From assembly GCA_965116155.1 (NCBI GenBank), contig OZ220488.1, positions 1,304,318-1,368,317 on the forward strand: 64,000 bases of DNA, written 5' to 3'. Source of the DNA: Bdellovibrionales bacterium (lineage in GTDB: Bacteria > Bdellovibrionota > Bdellovibrionia > Bdellovibrionales > UBA1609). A model generated the notes under the pieces. It saw nothing but the letters and a program-made list of their open reading frames with translations. It was not told the origin of the DNA and ran no database searches. Made by a program: the position numbers and the translations under genes. Position 1 is the first letter of the stretch. Every line of letters starts with the position of its first letter. Below, piece by piece: positions 27,637-37,491 of the stretch.

Positions 27637-28446
27637 ATGCTGATGCCTGATAGTCCATGCCGGGTGGCGGTTTGCATTAAGCAAGTGCCGGATACCGAGA
27701 GCAAAATACGCCTCACCCCTCAGGCAGAGCCTGATCTAGCGCAGGTGCGTTGGGTTAATAATCCTTATGATGAGTTCGCCATAGAAGAGGCGCTAAAGCT
27801 AAAACCTCACAGCGTGTCGGAGGTGGTGGTGTTTAGTGTGGGCCCTAAACGTGCAGAGGCCGCTTTGCGCACGGCTTTAGCAATGGGTTGCGATGCTGCG
27901 TGGCGCATTGAGCCACCCCAGCCATATGTGGACCCTTTTAACACTGCACGTGCTTTAGCGGGGGCGCTTAAGCAAAAGGGAGGGTTTAGTTGGGTTTTTA
28001 TGGGGCAACAGGCTGTGGATACCAATGATGCCTGTGTGCCTCAGCAGGCAGCAGAGCTTTTGGGAGTGGGTCACGCAACAAGGCTGGTGCAGTTTAAATG
28101 GCAAAAAGGTGATGCTGTCGCCCAAGTGCTGCGCGAGGTGGAGCAGGGCAGGCAAGAGCTGCTAGAGGTGCGCGCAGGTGGCGCAGTGCTGGGGCTTAAC
28201 AAAGGCATCAATACTCCGCGTAGGCCCAGCTTGCCTGGCATTATGAAGGCTAAAAAAAAGCCCCTTGGCCTTATAACATGGCACGAGGCTGTGGGTGAAG
28301 AGGGCTTTAAAACTCCTATGCACTTTACTGGGTACACTCTGCCGGCCGTGCGTGGAGCAGTGCAAATGCTACAAGGCGAGCCCCAGGAGCAGGCGCGGCT
28401 TTTGGTGGAGAGTTTGAAGCATAAAGAAAAGGTGCTAAGCGGATGA
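27637..28446 (+). CDS. etfB: Electron transfer flavoprotein beta subunit
   Basis: 269 aa with N-terminus VAVCIKQVPDTESKIRL. Typical EtfB blocks. Followed by etfA with a 4-nt overlap. Confidence 0.9.
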   Translation: MLMPDSPCRVAVCIKQVPDTESKIRLTPQAEPDLAQVRWVNNPYDEFAIEEALKLKPHSVSEVVVFSVGPKRAEAALRTALAMGCDAAWRIEPPQPYVDPFNTARALAGALKQKGGFSWVFMGQQAVDTNDACVPQQAAELLGVGHATRLVQFKWQKGDAVAQVLREVEQGRQELLEVRAGGAVLGLNKGINTPRRPSLPGIMKAKKKPLGLITWHEAVGEEGFKTPMHFTGYTLPAVRGAVQMLQGEPQEQARLLVESLKHKEKVLSG

Positions 28447-29435
28447 TTTTAATATTTGTGGAGCATGAAAAAGGCGAACCCAAAAAAACAGCCCGCGAGC
28501 TTTTGGCCTGGGCTTTGCGCGGGGGGGCGGATTCTGTAGCTAATATCGCTCTTGTGGCCTTGGGCCCTGGATCTCGGAAAGCCCTAGAGGCTTTAGCTTG
28601 TTCTGGAGTAAAGCAATGCTGGTTGGATGAGGGTGAGTCTTGGGAGCAGTATTCGCTTTACGCCTATTTGCAGGTGTGGGAGGTGCTGATTAAAAGCTTG
28701 CAGCCGCAGGTGATTTTGGCTGCATCTAGCCTGATGGCGCAGGATTTTATGCCGCGTCTAGCGGCGCGTTTTGGAGCGCATTATACGAGTGATATTACCC
28801 ATATTGAGACCCAAGCCGGCCGGGTGCACAAGCTGCAAAAGCCTCTTTATGCAGGCAAGTGCTCAGCGGAGGTGCAGTGCGAGCCGTCAGCAAATATGCG
28901 CCTTGTGCTGATGAGGCCTAATCAGATAGAGCCCTATAAATTGCAGGGTGCGGCCGATGTGCCGGTGCGGCCTATAACAGATCTGGGTGAATACGCAGCT
29001 GTAGAGCAAGGCTCGGCGGCTGTGACTTTGGCAAAGGTGTTAAAAGGGCAGAGCCAGCGGGCGGATCTAACAGAGGCTAGTGTTGTGGTGTCAGGTGGCC
29101 GGGGCATGGTGAAGGCGGAGAACTTTAAGCTCTTAGAAGACCTTGCGCAGGCTTTGGGTGGAGCGACTGTGGGGGCGACCCGCGCGGTGTGCGATGCGGG
29201 CTGGGTGCCTCATGCGATGCAGGTGGGGCAGACGGGTAAAACCGTAGCGCCGCAGCTGTATATTGCATGTGGAATTTCGGGAGCCGTGCAGCACTTGGCG
29301 GGCATGGGAGGATCGCGCGTCGTGGTGGCGATTAATAGCGACCCTGAGGCGCCTATTTTTAAACATGCTACTTACGGTATTGTGGGCGATGCTCTTAAAC
29401 TAGTGCCCTTGATTACAGAGGTTTTAAAGAATTAG
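28443..29435 (+). CDS. etfA: Electron transfer flavoprotein alpha subunit
   Basis: 330 aa. C-terminal FAD-binding blocks [41 protein letters not shown] and [10 protein letters not shown]. Confidence 0.9.
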   Translation: MILIFVEHEKGEPKKTARELLAWALRGGADSVANIALVALGPGSRKALEALACSGVKQCWLDEGESWEQYSLYAYLQVWEVLIKSLQPQVILAASSLMAQDFMPRLAARFGAHYTSDITHIETQAGRVHKLQKPLYAGKCSAEVQCEPSANMRLVLMRPNQIEPYKLQGAADVPVRPITDLGEYAAVEQGSAAVTLAKVLKGQSQRADLTEASVVVSGGRGMVKAENFKLLEDLAQALGGATVGATRAVCDAGWVPHAMQVGQTGKTVAPQLYIACGISGAVQHLAGMGGSRVVVAINSDPEAPIFKHATYGIVGDALKLVPLITEVLKN

Positions 29436-29502
29436 CGCGCGTGGTATCAAAGTGCGAGGCTTTGGCGATAATGTGTTCGCTGCGGGCCCTGCAGGCCCTT
29501 CG

Positions 29503-29636
29503 CAGGCTCGTAGATGCCTTATAGGTCGCAAAATTCTCTGTAAGACGCTTGGCACCCTGATGGCCGCCCCGTTGGGGCTATCAGGATGCCGCCGCTCTTC
29601 TTCAGAGAATTTCGCTAGCACTCTAATGCTTACGCA
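29503..29636. repeat. X-type hairpin element (CAGGCTCGTAGATGCCTTATAGGTCGC - AAAATTCTCTG ... CAGAGAATTT - CGCTAGCACTCTAA - TGCTTACGCA)
   Basis: Read directly. Inner stem CACCCTGAT/ATCAGGATG, core GCCGCCCCGTTGGGGC. A near-identical element lies at 51904-52027. Confidence 0.85.
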
Positions 29637-29659
29637 TAGCGCTTTAATGGAGATTAGAC

Positions 29660-30526
29660 ATGGCAGACAAAATTAGCAGCGTACTGGTTGTGGGGGCAGG
29701 TCAGATGGGGCGCGGCATTGCTCAGGTGGCGATGCTAAAAGGTTGCCAGGTGCAGCTTTGCGACACCCAGCCGCAGCAGTTGGAGCAAGCTAAGCAGTTT
29801 ATAACCAAGCAGTTGGATCGCGCGGTGTTAAAAAACAAAATCACCAAAGCGGCTCAAGAGCAGGCTTTGGGTAGGTTGAAGCTTTTGCCTCAGCTAAAGT
29901 CTTTAAAAGAGGTGCAGCTAGTGGTAGAGGCAGCAACGGAGCGCCTGGATGTTAAGTGGAGCATCTTGCGTGAGCTAGAGCCTTTGTTGGGTAAGGATGT
30001 TACGGTGGCCTCTAATACTTCTTCTATTTCTATTACGCATTTGGCTTCGGTGTTGCAGCATCCTCAGCGCATGCTGGGCGTGCACTTTATGAACCCGGTG
30101 CCGGTTATGCCTTTGGTGGAGGGCATTAGTGCTTTGCAAACCGGATCGGAGCATGTCACTAAGGCCCGCAAGTGGGTGGAGGAGGTATTAGGCAAAACCT
30201 GGGTACTTTCAAAGGATGTGTCGGGCTTTGTAGTAAACCGTATACTGATGCCTATGATTAACGAGGCGGTGTATGCATTGCATGAGAGGGTGGCGCCTAG
30301 GGAGAGCATCGACACCGCCATGAAGCTGGGCACGCGGCACCCTATGGGGCCTTTGGAGCTTGCGGATTTTATAGGTTTAGATACTTGTTTGTTTATTTTA
30401 GAGGTGTTGCACCAAAATTTGGGTGAGGATAAATACCGCCCCTGCCCTTTGTTGCGTCAGTATGTGCAGGCGGGTTGGTTAGGCAAAAAGTCTGGCCGGG
30501 GGTTTTATACCTATGATGGTTCTTAA
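29660..30526 (+). CDS. hbd: 3-hydroxybutyryl-CoA / 3-hydroxyacyl-CoA dehydrogenase (NAD-dependent)
   Basis: 288 aa. Rossmann motif VLVVGAGQMGRGIAQV. SNTSS. C-terminal PMGPLELADFIGLD. Confidence 0.85.
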   Translation: MADKISSVLVVGAGQMGRGIAQVAMLKGCQVQLCDTQPQQLEQAKQFITKQLDRAVLKNKITKAAQEQALGRLKLLPQLKSLKEVQLVVEAATERLDVKWSILRELEPLLGKDVTVASNTSSISITHLASVLQHPQRMLGVHFMNPVPVMPLVEGISALQTGSEHVTKARKWVEEVLGKTWVLSKDVSGFVVNRILMPMINEAVYALHERVAPRESIDTAMKLGTRHPMGPLELADFIGLDTCLFILEVLHQNLGEDKYRPCPLLRQYVQAGWLGKKSGRGFYTYDGS

Positions 30527-33500
30527 GTGAGTAAGTGTCGCATTTTAACTGCTACTAGTTTGTTCGATGGGCATGACGCGAGCATCAATATCGTGCGGCG
30601 CGTGTTGCAGGATTTGGGTGCTGAGGTTGTGCATATGGGGCACAACCGCAGCGCTTTTGAGGTGGTGCAAGCGGCTTTGCAGGAGGGGTGCCATGGCATT
30701 GCTATAAGCTCTTATCAGGGCGGGCATATGGAGTATTTTAGCTATATGCGGGAGCTGTTAAATGATGCAGGGGCTGAGTATGTGAAAATTTTTGGCGGTG
30801 GTGGTGGGGTGATTAGTTTAAACGAAAAACACACTCTAGAAAGCCGCGGTATTGTGCAAAAGGTGTTTCATCCTTCTGATGGTCAGGCACTGGGTTTAGA
30901 GGGTATGGTGCGCAGTATTTTAGATGCCTGTACATTTGAGCTAGAGCCTTATGCCAAGGGGCTAGGTGGAGGTAAGCATAAAGACTTAGAGCATCATAGA
31001 GCGTTGGGCTTGTTGGTGCATTTGTTGGAGCAGGGGCACAATGTGCCACCAGAGCTTGAGAGCTTTTGCCAAATGCAACAAAAGTCCTGCGACATTTTGG
31101 GTATTACGGGTTCTGGAGGCAGTGGAAAATCCAGTCTGACAGATGAGCTGATTTTAAGGTTTTTAAACTTGCGGCCTGGCATAAGGCTTGGGGTTTTTTG
31201 TGTGGACCCTACCAAGCAAAAAACAGGCGGTGCCCTTTTGGGTGACCGTATGCGTATGAACGCCTTGGGGGGCAGGACTTTTATGCGCTCTATGGCTTCA
31301 CGGGATTCGGGCACGGAAATCGCAGGTGCTTTGCCTCGGGTGCTAGAGCAGTTTAAGGTTTTGGGGTTTGACTTGCTGTTGGTTGAAACCACTGGCACGG
31401 GACAATCGGGTAGTTATGTTTTAAAGGTGTGCGACCGTAGTATTTATGTGATGACGGCAGAGTTTGGGGCGCAGTCGCAGTTAGAAAAAATCGACATGAT
31501 TGATTTTGCGGATTTTGTGGTGGTCAATAAAGCGGACCGCCGTGGTGCAAAGGATGCTTGCCATGATGTGAGCAAGCAATTTAGAAGATCGCGCAAGTTG
31601 TTTGATCCTAACATTAAGTTGCCGGTGTTTTTAACCCAGGCGTCGCGCTTTAACGACCATGGTGTGGGGGAGGTGTTTGTATCCTTATGCGAGAGCTTGG
31701 AAGGGTTTAGAAAAGAGGCAGCCTTGCTTAAGGGGCAAAAAACGCGTGCTGGTGAGTCAGCGACTTTGCCTCCTGAAAAGCAAAACTATTTGGCTAATGT
31801 TGTGCACGGTATGCGCAGTTATAGGCAGCATGTTAAAGAAACAGCAGAAAAATTACGCGCCTGGGAGGCTGTAAAAGGAGCGGCAGAAAGCCTGCAAGAT
31901 GCAGACACTGCAGTGCTTGCGGCCTTAGAACAAAAAGCCCAAAAACTGCGCGCTGGTGTGGATGATGAGGCTTGGCACTTAATTGAGCGCTATCATCAGC
32001 TGCGCAAACTTTATGCGGATGAAGATCTAGTGTATAGAGTGCGGGGTCGCGATATTAAGGTGCCTTTGCGGATAGAGAGCTTAAGCGGGCTGAGCATTCC
32101 TAAGGTGTTGGTGCCTGATATAAAAAACGCGCACGGTATTTATACGTATATGGCTTTAGAGGGTGTGCCGGGGGAGTTTCCATTTACTGCTGGTGTGTAT
32201 CCGCTTAAGCGTTCCGAGGAGGATCCGACGCGCATGTTTGCTGGCGGTGGGACGCCAGAGAATACCAACAAGAGGTTTCATTTTTTATCAAAAGATTTTA
32301 AAGCCAAGCGGTTATCGACAGCTTTTGATTCTGTAACTTTGTACGGTGAGGACCCAAACAAGCGGCCGGATATTTTTGGCAAAGTCGGCGAGAGCGGCGT
32401 GAGCATTGCGACCTTAGAGGATATGAAGCGGCTTTATAAGGGATTTGATCTTTGTGATCCTGCAACAAGTGTTAGCATGACCATTAACGGCCCAGCGCCT
32501 ATGGTGCTGGCGTTTTTTATGTTAACGGCTATTGATCAAGAGGTGGAGAAAAAGCGTGAGAGGGTGGGTAGAGAGCTAAGTGATCAAGAGTACGCCGAGG
32601 TTAAGGCGCGTTGTTTGCAGCAGGTGCGAGGTACGGTGCAGGCAGATATTTTAAAAGAGGACCAAGGGCAGAATACTTGTATTTTTTCAATAGACTTGGC
32701 TCTTAAGATGATGGGCGATGTGCAGGAATATTTTATTCAACATGGTGTGCGCAATTTTTACTCTGTAAGTGTATCGGGTTATCACATAGCCGAGGCGGGT
32801 GCGAACCCGATTACGCAGTTGGCGTTTACTTTGGCTAATGCGTTTACTTTTGTAGAGTATTATTTAAGCCGTGGTTTTAAGGTGGATGACTTTGCGCCGA
32901 GTTTGTCGTTTTTTTTCAGCAATGGCTTAGATCCTGAGTATACGGTTATGGGGCGTGTTGCGCGGCGTTTGTGGGCGGTTGTGCTTAAGCGGATGTATGG
33001 CGCTAGCGCGCGGGCTCAAAAATTAAAGTACCATATTCAAACAAGTGGGCGCTCTCTGCATGCGCAAGAGATGCATTTTAATGACATCCGCACCACACTG
33101 CAGGCGCTGCTTGCGGTGGGTGACAATTGCAACTCATTGCATACTAATGCATATGATGAGGCTTTAACTACGCCCACTCAGCAGTCGGTGCGGCAGGCGC
33201 AGGCTATACAGATGATTATCAATAAGGAGTTTGGCTTGAGCAAAAACGAGCATCCTTTTCAGGGGAGTTATTTTTGTGAGTGGTTAACGGAGCGTGTGGA
33301 GCGCGCGGTGCTAGAGGAGTTTTTAAGCATTAACGAGCGGGGCGGTGTGTTGGGTGCAATGGAGCGCCAGTACCAAAGGAGCAAAATCCAGCAAGAAAGC
33401 CTGCACTATGAGCACTTAAAGCACTCGGGGCTTTTTAGCATTGTGGGTGTGAATTGCTTTGAGCACCAGACTGGTGAGAGTTCTGAGGATAAGGATAAAA

Positions 33501-33754
33501 GCGCTAAAGAGGGCAATCCAGTGGAGCTTTCGCGGGCGAGTTACGATGATAAAAATTTGTGCTTAGTGCGGCTAGAAGATTTTAAAAAGCGCCATAAGGC
33601 GCAAGCGGAGCAGGCCTTAAAAAGGCTTAAAGAGAGGGCTTTGGGTGGGGAGAACATTTTTGCAGCCCTTATGGATACGGCTCCTGTGTGTAGTTTAGGT
33701 CAAATGACCCATGCCCTCTACCAAGTTGGCGGTAAGTACCGCCGTAACATCTAG
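30527..33754 (+). CDS. icmF: Fused isobutyryl-CoA mutase (B12-binding domain + MeaB-like G-protein + mutase catalytic domain)
   Basis: 1075 aa. N-terminal B12 motif (DGHDASINIV). P-loop GITGSGGSGKSSL with NKAD. C-terminal acyl-CoA mutase TIM-barrel blocks (TAGVYP.., RMFAGGGTPE.., TINGPAP.., HTNAYDEALT). Domain order as in IcmF. Confidence 0.85.
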   Translation: MSKCRILTATSLFDGHDASINIVRRVLQDLGAEVVHMGHNRSAFEVVQAALQEGCHGIAISSYQGGHMEYFSYMRELLNDAGAEYVKIFGGGGGVISLNEKHTLESRGIVQKVFHPSDGQALGLEGMVRSILDACTFELEPYAKGLGGGKHKDLEHHRALGLLVHLLEQGHNVPPELESFCQMQQKSCDILGITGSGGSGKSSLTDELILRFLNLRPGIRLGVFCVDPTKQKTGGALLGDRMRMNALGGRTFMRSMASRDSGTEIAGALPRVLEQFKVLGFDLLLVETTGTGQSGSYVLKVCDRSIYVMTAEFGAQSQLEKIDMIDFADFVVVNKADRRGAKDACHDVSKQFRRSRKLFDPNIKLPVFLTQASRFNDHGVGEVFVSLCESLEGFRKEAALLKGQKTRAGESATLPPEKQNYLANVVHGMRSYRQHVKETAEKLRAWEAVKGAAESLQDADTAVLAALEQKAQKLRAGVDDEAWHLIERYHQLRKLYADEDLVYRVRGRDIKVPLRIESLSGLSIPKVLVPDIKNAHGIYTYMALEGVPGEFPFTAGVYPLKRSEEDPTRMFAGGGTPENTNKRFHFLSKDFKAKRLSTAFDSVTLYGEDPNKRPDIFGKVGESGVSIATLEDMKRLYKGFDLCDPATSVSMTINGPAPMVLAFFMLTAIDQEVEKKRERVGRELSDQEYAEVKARCLQQVRGTVQADILKEDQGQNTCIFSIDLALKMMGDVQEYFIQHGVRNFYSVSVSGYHIAEAGANPITQLAFTLANAFTFVEYYLSRGFKVDDFAPSLSFFFSNGLDPEYTVMGRVARRLWAVVLKRMYGASARAQKLKYHIQTSGRSLHAQEMHFNDIRTTLQALLAVGDNCNSLHTNAYDEALTTPTQQSVRQAQAIQMIINKEFGLSKNEHPFQGSYFCEWLTERVERAVLEEFLSINERGGVLGAMERQYQRSKIQQESLHYEHLKHSGLFSIVGVNCFEHQTGESSEDKDKSAKEGNPVELSRASYDDKNLCLVRLEDFKKRHKAQAEQALKRLKERALGGENIFAALMDTAPVCSLGQMTHALYQVGGKYRRNI

Positions 33755-33859
33755 GCGTTACTGAAGAGTATATATTTTACACGGCAGGTTTTTTAGTGGC
33801 CCCTTTTACCTTATTCTATAACCTTAAGAAGAAGGTTTTAGTTTTTGTAAAAAAGCGGG

Positions 33860-34549
33860 GTGATTTGTATGAGACGTTTGTTTTTGTTCATGGTGGTATT
33901 TTTTTATGCCCTAACTTCTGTAGCTGAGGAAAGCAGCACAAGTGGTGCGCAAGAAAGCGCTCCTAAGAGCCAAAGCCTTGAGCCTCCCCAAATAGATCAT
34001 CCTTTGGTTCAGCACGGTGCAGATCCGGTGTTAAAACTTTTGGAACAAGTCAATCCAATAAAAAAACCCACGCCCCTCCTCCCTAATGCCAAGCCAGATG
34101 TAGCAACAGCTTCAAATCCTATTTTGAATATGCATAAGCAACGCGGCAATACAAAAATCGCCAAAACACTTAATGCTTGCATGGGTTTAAATGTGGGGGT
34201 TTTGTCTGCCGTTACCCTTGCAGTAAATATTTTTAAAATGGTGCATGCACGCAGTTTGCACCCTTTTTTGAACCTTCCAGAAGCTCTTGCATTTGGCTTT
34301 TTTGCTGCAGGAGGGGCGTTTTTTGTAGAGTATGTTATGGGAGTGCCGTCTCTTGAAACATGTGAAAAAATAAGGCAGCAACTAACATCCTGGCTCCATA
34401 TAGAAAACGGGCAAGTAAGCGCCACCTTTGCAGACCCTCATACGGGTGAAACTATAAAAGTGCGTTGTCTGGCTGAGTCTGACCCCTCTAACACCACAAC
34501 CGGCATAAAAGTTTTAGAAAAAACCTGTACCATCATAGACTCCAGATAG
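33860..34549 (+). CDS. Secreted/two-TM membrane protein, unknown function
   Basis: 229 aa with a signal peptide (..LTSVAEE), two Gly/Ala-rich TM helices and a Cys-containing C-terminal domain. The last 9 codons lie in the 30-bp direct repeat DR-L. Confidence 0.5.
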   Translation: MICMRRLFLFMVVFFYALTSVAEESSTSGAQESAPKSQSLEPPQIDHPLVQHGADPVLKLLEQVNPIKKPTPLLPNAKPDVATASNPILNMHKQRGNTKIAKTLNACMGLNVGVLSAVTLAVNIFKMVHARSLHPFLNLPEALAFGFFAAGGAFFVEYVMGVPSLETCEKIRQQLTSWLHIENGQVSATFADPHTGETIKVRCLAESDPSNTTTGIKVLEKTCTIIDSR

Positions 34550-34552
34550 GCC
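34523..34552. repeat. 30-bp direct repeat DR-L (ACCTGTACCATCATAGACTCCAGATAGGCC) flanking the AbiE cassette
   Basis: Matches 36448-36477 at 28 of 30 positions (read directly). Overlaps the stop codon of 33860..34549. Confidence 0.9.
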
Positions 34553-34735
34553 TGTATGCTTACGCCCAATTAAAGTGCTAGTAAAAACTCTTTAAGCAGC
34601 AAGTGCAGTCCCAAGAGCAGCTTCTTAAGCTGCTCTTGGGACTGCACTTACTGGCCAAGTTCGTTTTACTAGCACTCTGATGCTTACGCACTTTATCTCA
34701 GAATATTGGACTGGCGCTCTAATCTTGTGCAAGTA
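34553..34735. repeat. Hairpin repeat array R7 including a perfect 23-bp-stem palindrome (34601-34649)
   Basis: ATGCTTACGC, TTAAAGTGCTAGTAAAAACTCTTTAAGC. Palindrome AAGTGCAGTCCCAAGAGCAGCTT-ctt-AAGCTGCTCTTGGGACTGCACTT. CTAGCACTCTGATGCTTACGCA. CAGAATATTGGACTGGCGCTCTAA. Confidence 0.9.
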
Positions 34736-34818
34736 CTTGAAATTATGTGGTTTTTTCAACAAATTGCATGAATTTTTAATAAAAATATTGACTTTTGCGC
34801 CGCCATCGACGATACTAA

Positions 34819-35439
34819 ATGTACGAAGGTGTAGGTATGAGGGCGCAAGCAGGCCTAGATAAAATGAAGCAATTCTTGACCTCTGGAAAGGTCTACAGAA
34901 GGTCCGATTTTTTAGGCATGACTTCTAGTGTGGATAGAAGCCTAAAGGCCTTAGTTGGGGCGGGTTTTTTAAAAAAGCTGCAACATGGCCTATATTTAGC
35001 GCCTAAGCAGACTATCTTTGGAGAAGCTATGCCTGATGAAGAGGAGCTTTTAAAAAAGTTTTTAAATGATGATCACTTTGTTGTTTATGGACCTAGTAGG
35101 TTCAATGCTTTAGGCCTTGGAACGACACAGCTCTACAATAAAAGAGTGGTATTTAATCGCAAGCGCCATGGGGCAATGAGGCTTGGTGATAGAAGTTATG
35201 ATTTTTATCGTTGGCGAGAGGCTCCTAAGGTTTTATCGAAAGAATTTCTTCTGGTTGAAATGTTTAATAAGTTTAGTGAATTGGCAGAGGATTATGATGC
35301 AGTTGTTAATAACCTTAAAGCCAAGCTCAGTGAATTTAATTCAGCTAAGCTGCATAATGCTCTTAATAGGTTTGGTACGAGATCGGCACAGAAAAAATTA
35401 AGGCCTCTGCTAGAAGAAAATAAAAATGTACCTGCATAA
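34819..35439 (+). CDS. AbiEi-like antitoxin (type IV TA, DUF6088-like winged-helix protein)
   Basis: 206 aa. N-terminal wHTH-like segment (GKVYRRSDFLGMTSSVDRSLKALVGAGFLKKLQHGLYLAP) resembles AbiEi-type antitoxins. Overlaps the downstream AbiEii gene by 14 nt. Start uncertain (ATG 34819, 34837 or 34864). Confidence 0.6.
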   Translation: MYEGVGMRAQAGLDKMKQFLTSGKVYRRSDFLGMTSSVDRSLKALVGAGFLKKLQHGLYLAPKQTIFGEAMPDEEELLKKFLNDDHFVVYGPSRFNALGLGTTQLYNKRVVFNRKRHGAMRLGDRSYDFYRWREAPKVLSKEFLLVEMFNKFSELAEDYDAVVNNLKAKLSEFNSAKLHNALNRFGTRSAQKKLRPLLEENKNVPA

Positions 35440-36394
35440 TCATGAGAACTTTAAGGAATTAGTCGAACTAGTTGCTAAAGAGCAGGAGATTAATGACCCT
35501 TCTTTTGTTGAGAAGGACTACTGGATTATGCATTACCTGTATGGGTTGTCACACTTTGGGCTCGATATGGCTCTTAAGGGAGGAACCTCTATTTCAAAAG
35601 CCTTTAATATCATTCATCGTTTTTCAGAAGATATTGATATAAAGATTATTCCCAATAATGAGAGGGTGGGTTTTTGTGTTTATACGGACAAGAACCACAA
35701 TAAACCTAAGCATCGAGAAAGTAGGAAAAAATACTTTGACTGGCTAGCCAAAGAGTTAAAATGCAGCATTGATGGCATTTTCGATGTTACTAGAGACGGG
35801 GCTTTTGATGATGAAAAATATAGAAATGGTGGCATTCGTTTAATCTATGAAACAATGTTTGCGCCAAACCAAGCGTTGAAAGAGGGCATCCTTTTAGAGG
35901 TGGGTTTTGATAAAACCACTCCCAATATGGAAAAAGATATTTCCTCATGGGCCTATGACAAGGGCGTTAGTATTCTAGCAGACAAAGGCTTAAAAGATAA
36001 TAGGGCAAAAGGTGTGATTTGCTATGATCCACGATATACTTTTGTTGAAAAGCTTCAGGCCATTGTGACTAAGTATGCGCTTTATAAGAAAGGCAAAAAT
36101 CATGGCAAATGGCCGGTTAATTTTTTAAGGCACTACTATGATATTTACTGCCTTTTAGACTGCAAAGAAGTCCAGGGCTTTATTGGGACTGATGATTATG
36201 AAGAGTATAAAAAAGCAAGATTTCGTAAATACGATACAGTGATTAAAAATTGCGAAGGATTTGCGCTATCCGACGAAGAGGAACGAAAAATTTTTGAGGA
36301 TCATTATCTAAAATCCTCTGCACTTTACTACAAAGGTCAAATACCTTTTGAAGACATTTTAAACCGCATACAATCGTATCTTGAAAGGCTTTAG
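35426..36394 (+). CDS. AbiEii/AbiGii-family nucleotidyltransferase toxin (type IV TA)
   Basis: 322 aa. Family signature LKGGTSISKAF..HRFSEDIDI (NTase G[GS] ... DxD). C-terminal helical domain. AT-rich. Confidence 0.75.
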   Translation: MYLHNHENFKELVELVAKEQEINDPSFVEKDYWIMHYLYGLSHFGLDMALKGGTSISKAFNIIHRFSEDIDIKIIPNNERVGFCVYTDKNHNKPKHRESRKKYFDWLAKELKCSIDGIFDVTRDGAFDDEKYRNGGIRLIYETMFAPNQALKEGILLEVGFDKTTPNMEKDISSWAYDKGVSILADKGLKDNRAKGVICYDPRYTFVEKLQAIVTKYALYKKGKNHGKWPVNFLRHYYDIYCLLDCKEVQGFIGTDDYEEYKKARFRKYDTVIKNCEGFALSDEEERKIFEDHYLKSSALYYKGQIPFEDILNRIQSYLERL

Positions 36395-36447
36395 TTTCGG
36401 TTTCTATGACAGTGCAACCTCACTCCCTTAGACGATATGGACCCTTT

Positions 36448-36477
36448 ACCTGCACCATCATAGACTCCAGATAAGCC
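36448..36477. repeat. 30-bp direct repeat DR-R (ACCTGCACCATCATAGACTCCAGATAAGCC)
   Basis: Matches DR-L at 28 of 30 positions. Followed by ..CAGAATATTGGGCTAGCGCTCTAA, which carries the stop of the convergent gene. Confidence 0.9.
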
Positions 36478-36495
36478 GCCCCGCAGAATATTGGG

Positions 36496-37320
36496 CTAGC
36501 GCTCTAATTGTATTGGGATGCCTCTTTTTTTGCAAAATGCCTTGGTATCTTCAAGGTTTTCAGTACGGTACTCAGATTCCGGTTTGCTGCTCTCAAAGGC
36601 AAAATACTTGGGGCAAATAAGGCGGTGGGTGAGCTCTCTTACATGCTCTACACACTGTTCGTGGTTATAAAATTTGTCGTTTTTTTCTCTTAAAGTAAAG
36701 CTTGTAAAGCTAAAACCTCTATGGGCAAAGAACTCTCTAGCATATGCAGGAGATGCGAGATCGGGGCTAGGCACCAAATCTAAGAGCTTGTACCTGAAAA
36801 ACTTTGCTGTGTTGTCCTGCATTAGAAAGAAAAAATTAATAACAGAATTAAGGGATTTTGAGGCACAAACATCACCGCTTAAAAATAAAAATCTCGAAAA
36901 CTCATGGTACGAACCAAGGCTTGTGTGTATCAAAAAACTCATGTGCTGTCGCAAGTTAGAATAAAAGCTCTTTGACTCAGGCGCATTAGGATTTTGCATG
37001 TATTGCCTATAGCTTTCTGATAAATGGGACTCCATAAAATTTACGGCAGCAGCTCCCCCCTCTTTAGAAAACACACTCAGAAAATCCAAAGCCAATGCGT
37101 TTTGAGGCCACTTATTGGCATAGTCTAGCAGCGCCCTAGTAGCACGTTTTTTGTAGATGCCTTGCATGTTTGAAATAGTTTTGAAAACAGTCTTAGCGCG
37201 CGGGTTGCTTCGCCAAGCCTTTTTGGCGGCTTTTTTGTTGAGTATAATATCACTGGCATTAGCACTTGCCACCGTACCCGATCCCAAAACTAATAGCAAA
37301 ATTAAACCTAATGCTCGCAT
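36496..37320 (-). CDS. Secreted protein, unknown function (divergent from metzincin 1)
   Basis: ORF 36496..37419. The ATG at 37320 gives a signal peptide (MRALGLILLLVLGSGTVASA). AT-rich. The stop TAG lies inside CTAGCGCTCTAA (36496-36507). Confidence 0.5.
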   Translation of the reverse strand: MRALGLILLLVLGSGTVASANASDIILNKKAAKKAWRSNPRAKTVFKTISNMQGIYKKRATRALLDYANKWPQNALALDFLSVFSKEGGAAAVNFMESHLSESYRQYMQNPNAPESKSFYSNLRQHMSFLIHTSLGSYHEFSRFLFLSGDVCASKSLNSVINFFFLMQDNTAKFFRYKLLDLVPSPDLASPAYAREFFAHRGFSFTSFTLREKNDKFYNHEQCVEHVRELTHRLICPKYFAFESSKPESEYRTENLEDTKAFCKKRGIPIQLER

Positions 37321-37491
37321 CTTTGATCCCTCCCTATTTTGTTGTCGTTGTGACTTTGTATTTAAAAAAACATCAAACTGCATGCTGCATCGTCCCATCC
37401 TGCTGAGGGCTCCCCGCATTGCGTCAACAAGGCCTAAAAAAAGCTTAAAAAGCTGCTATTTTTTGGTGCTGTCTTTTAAAAGTAAAGTTCC

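Noticed and set aside
27408-27716. 102-aa minus-strand ORF spanning the etfB upstream region
   Set aside because: Overlaps both the 3' end of the small basic protein gene and the etfB start. No features supporting expression.
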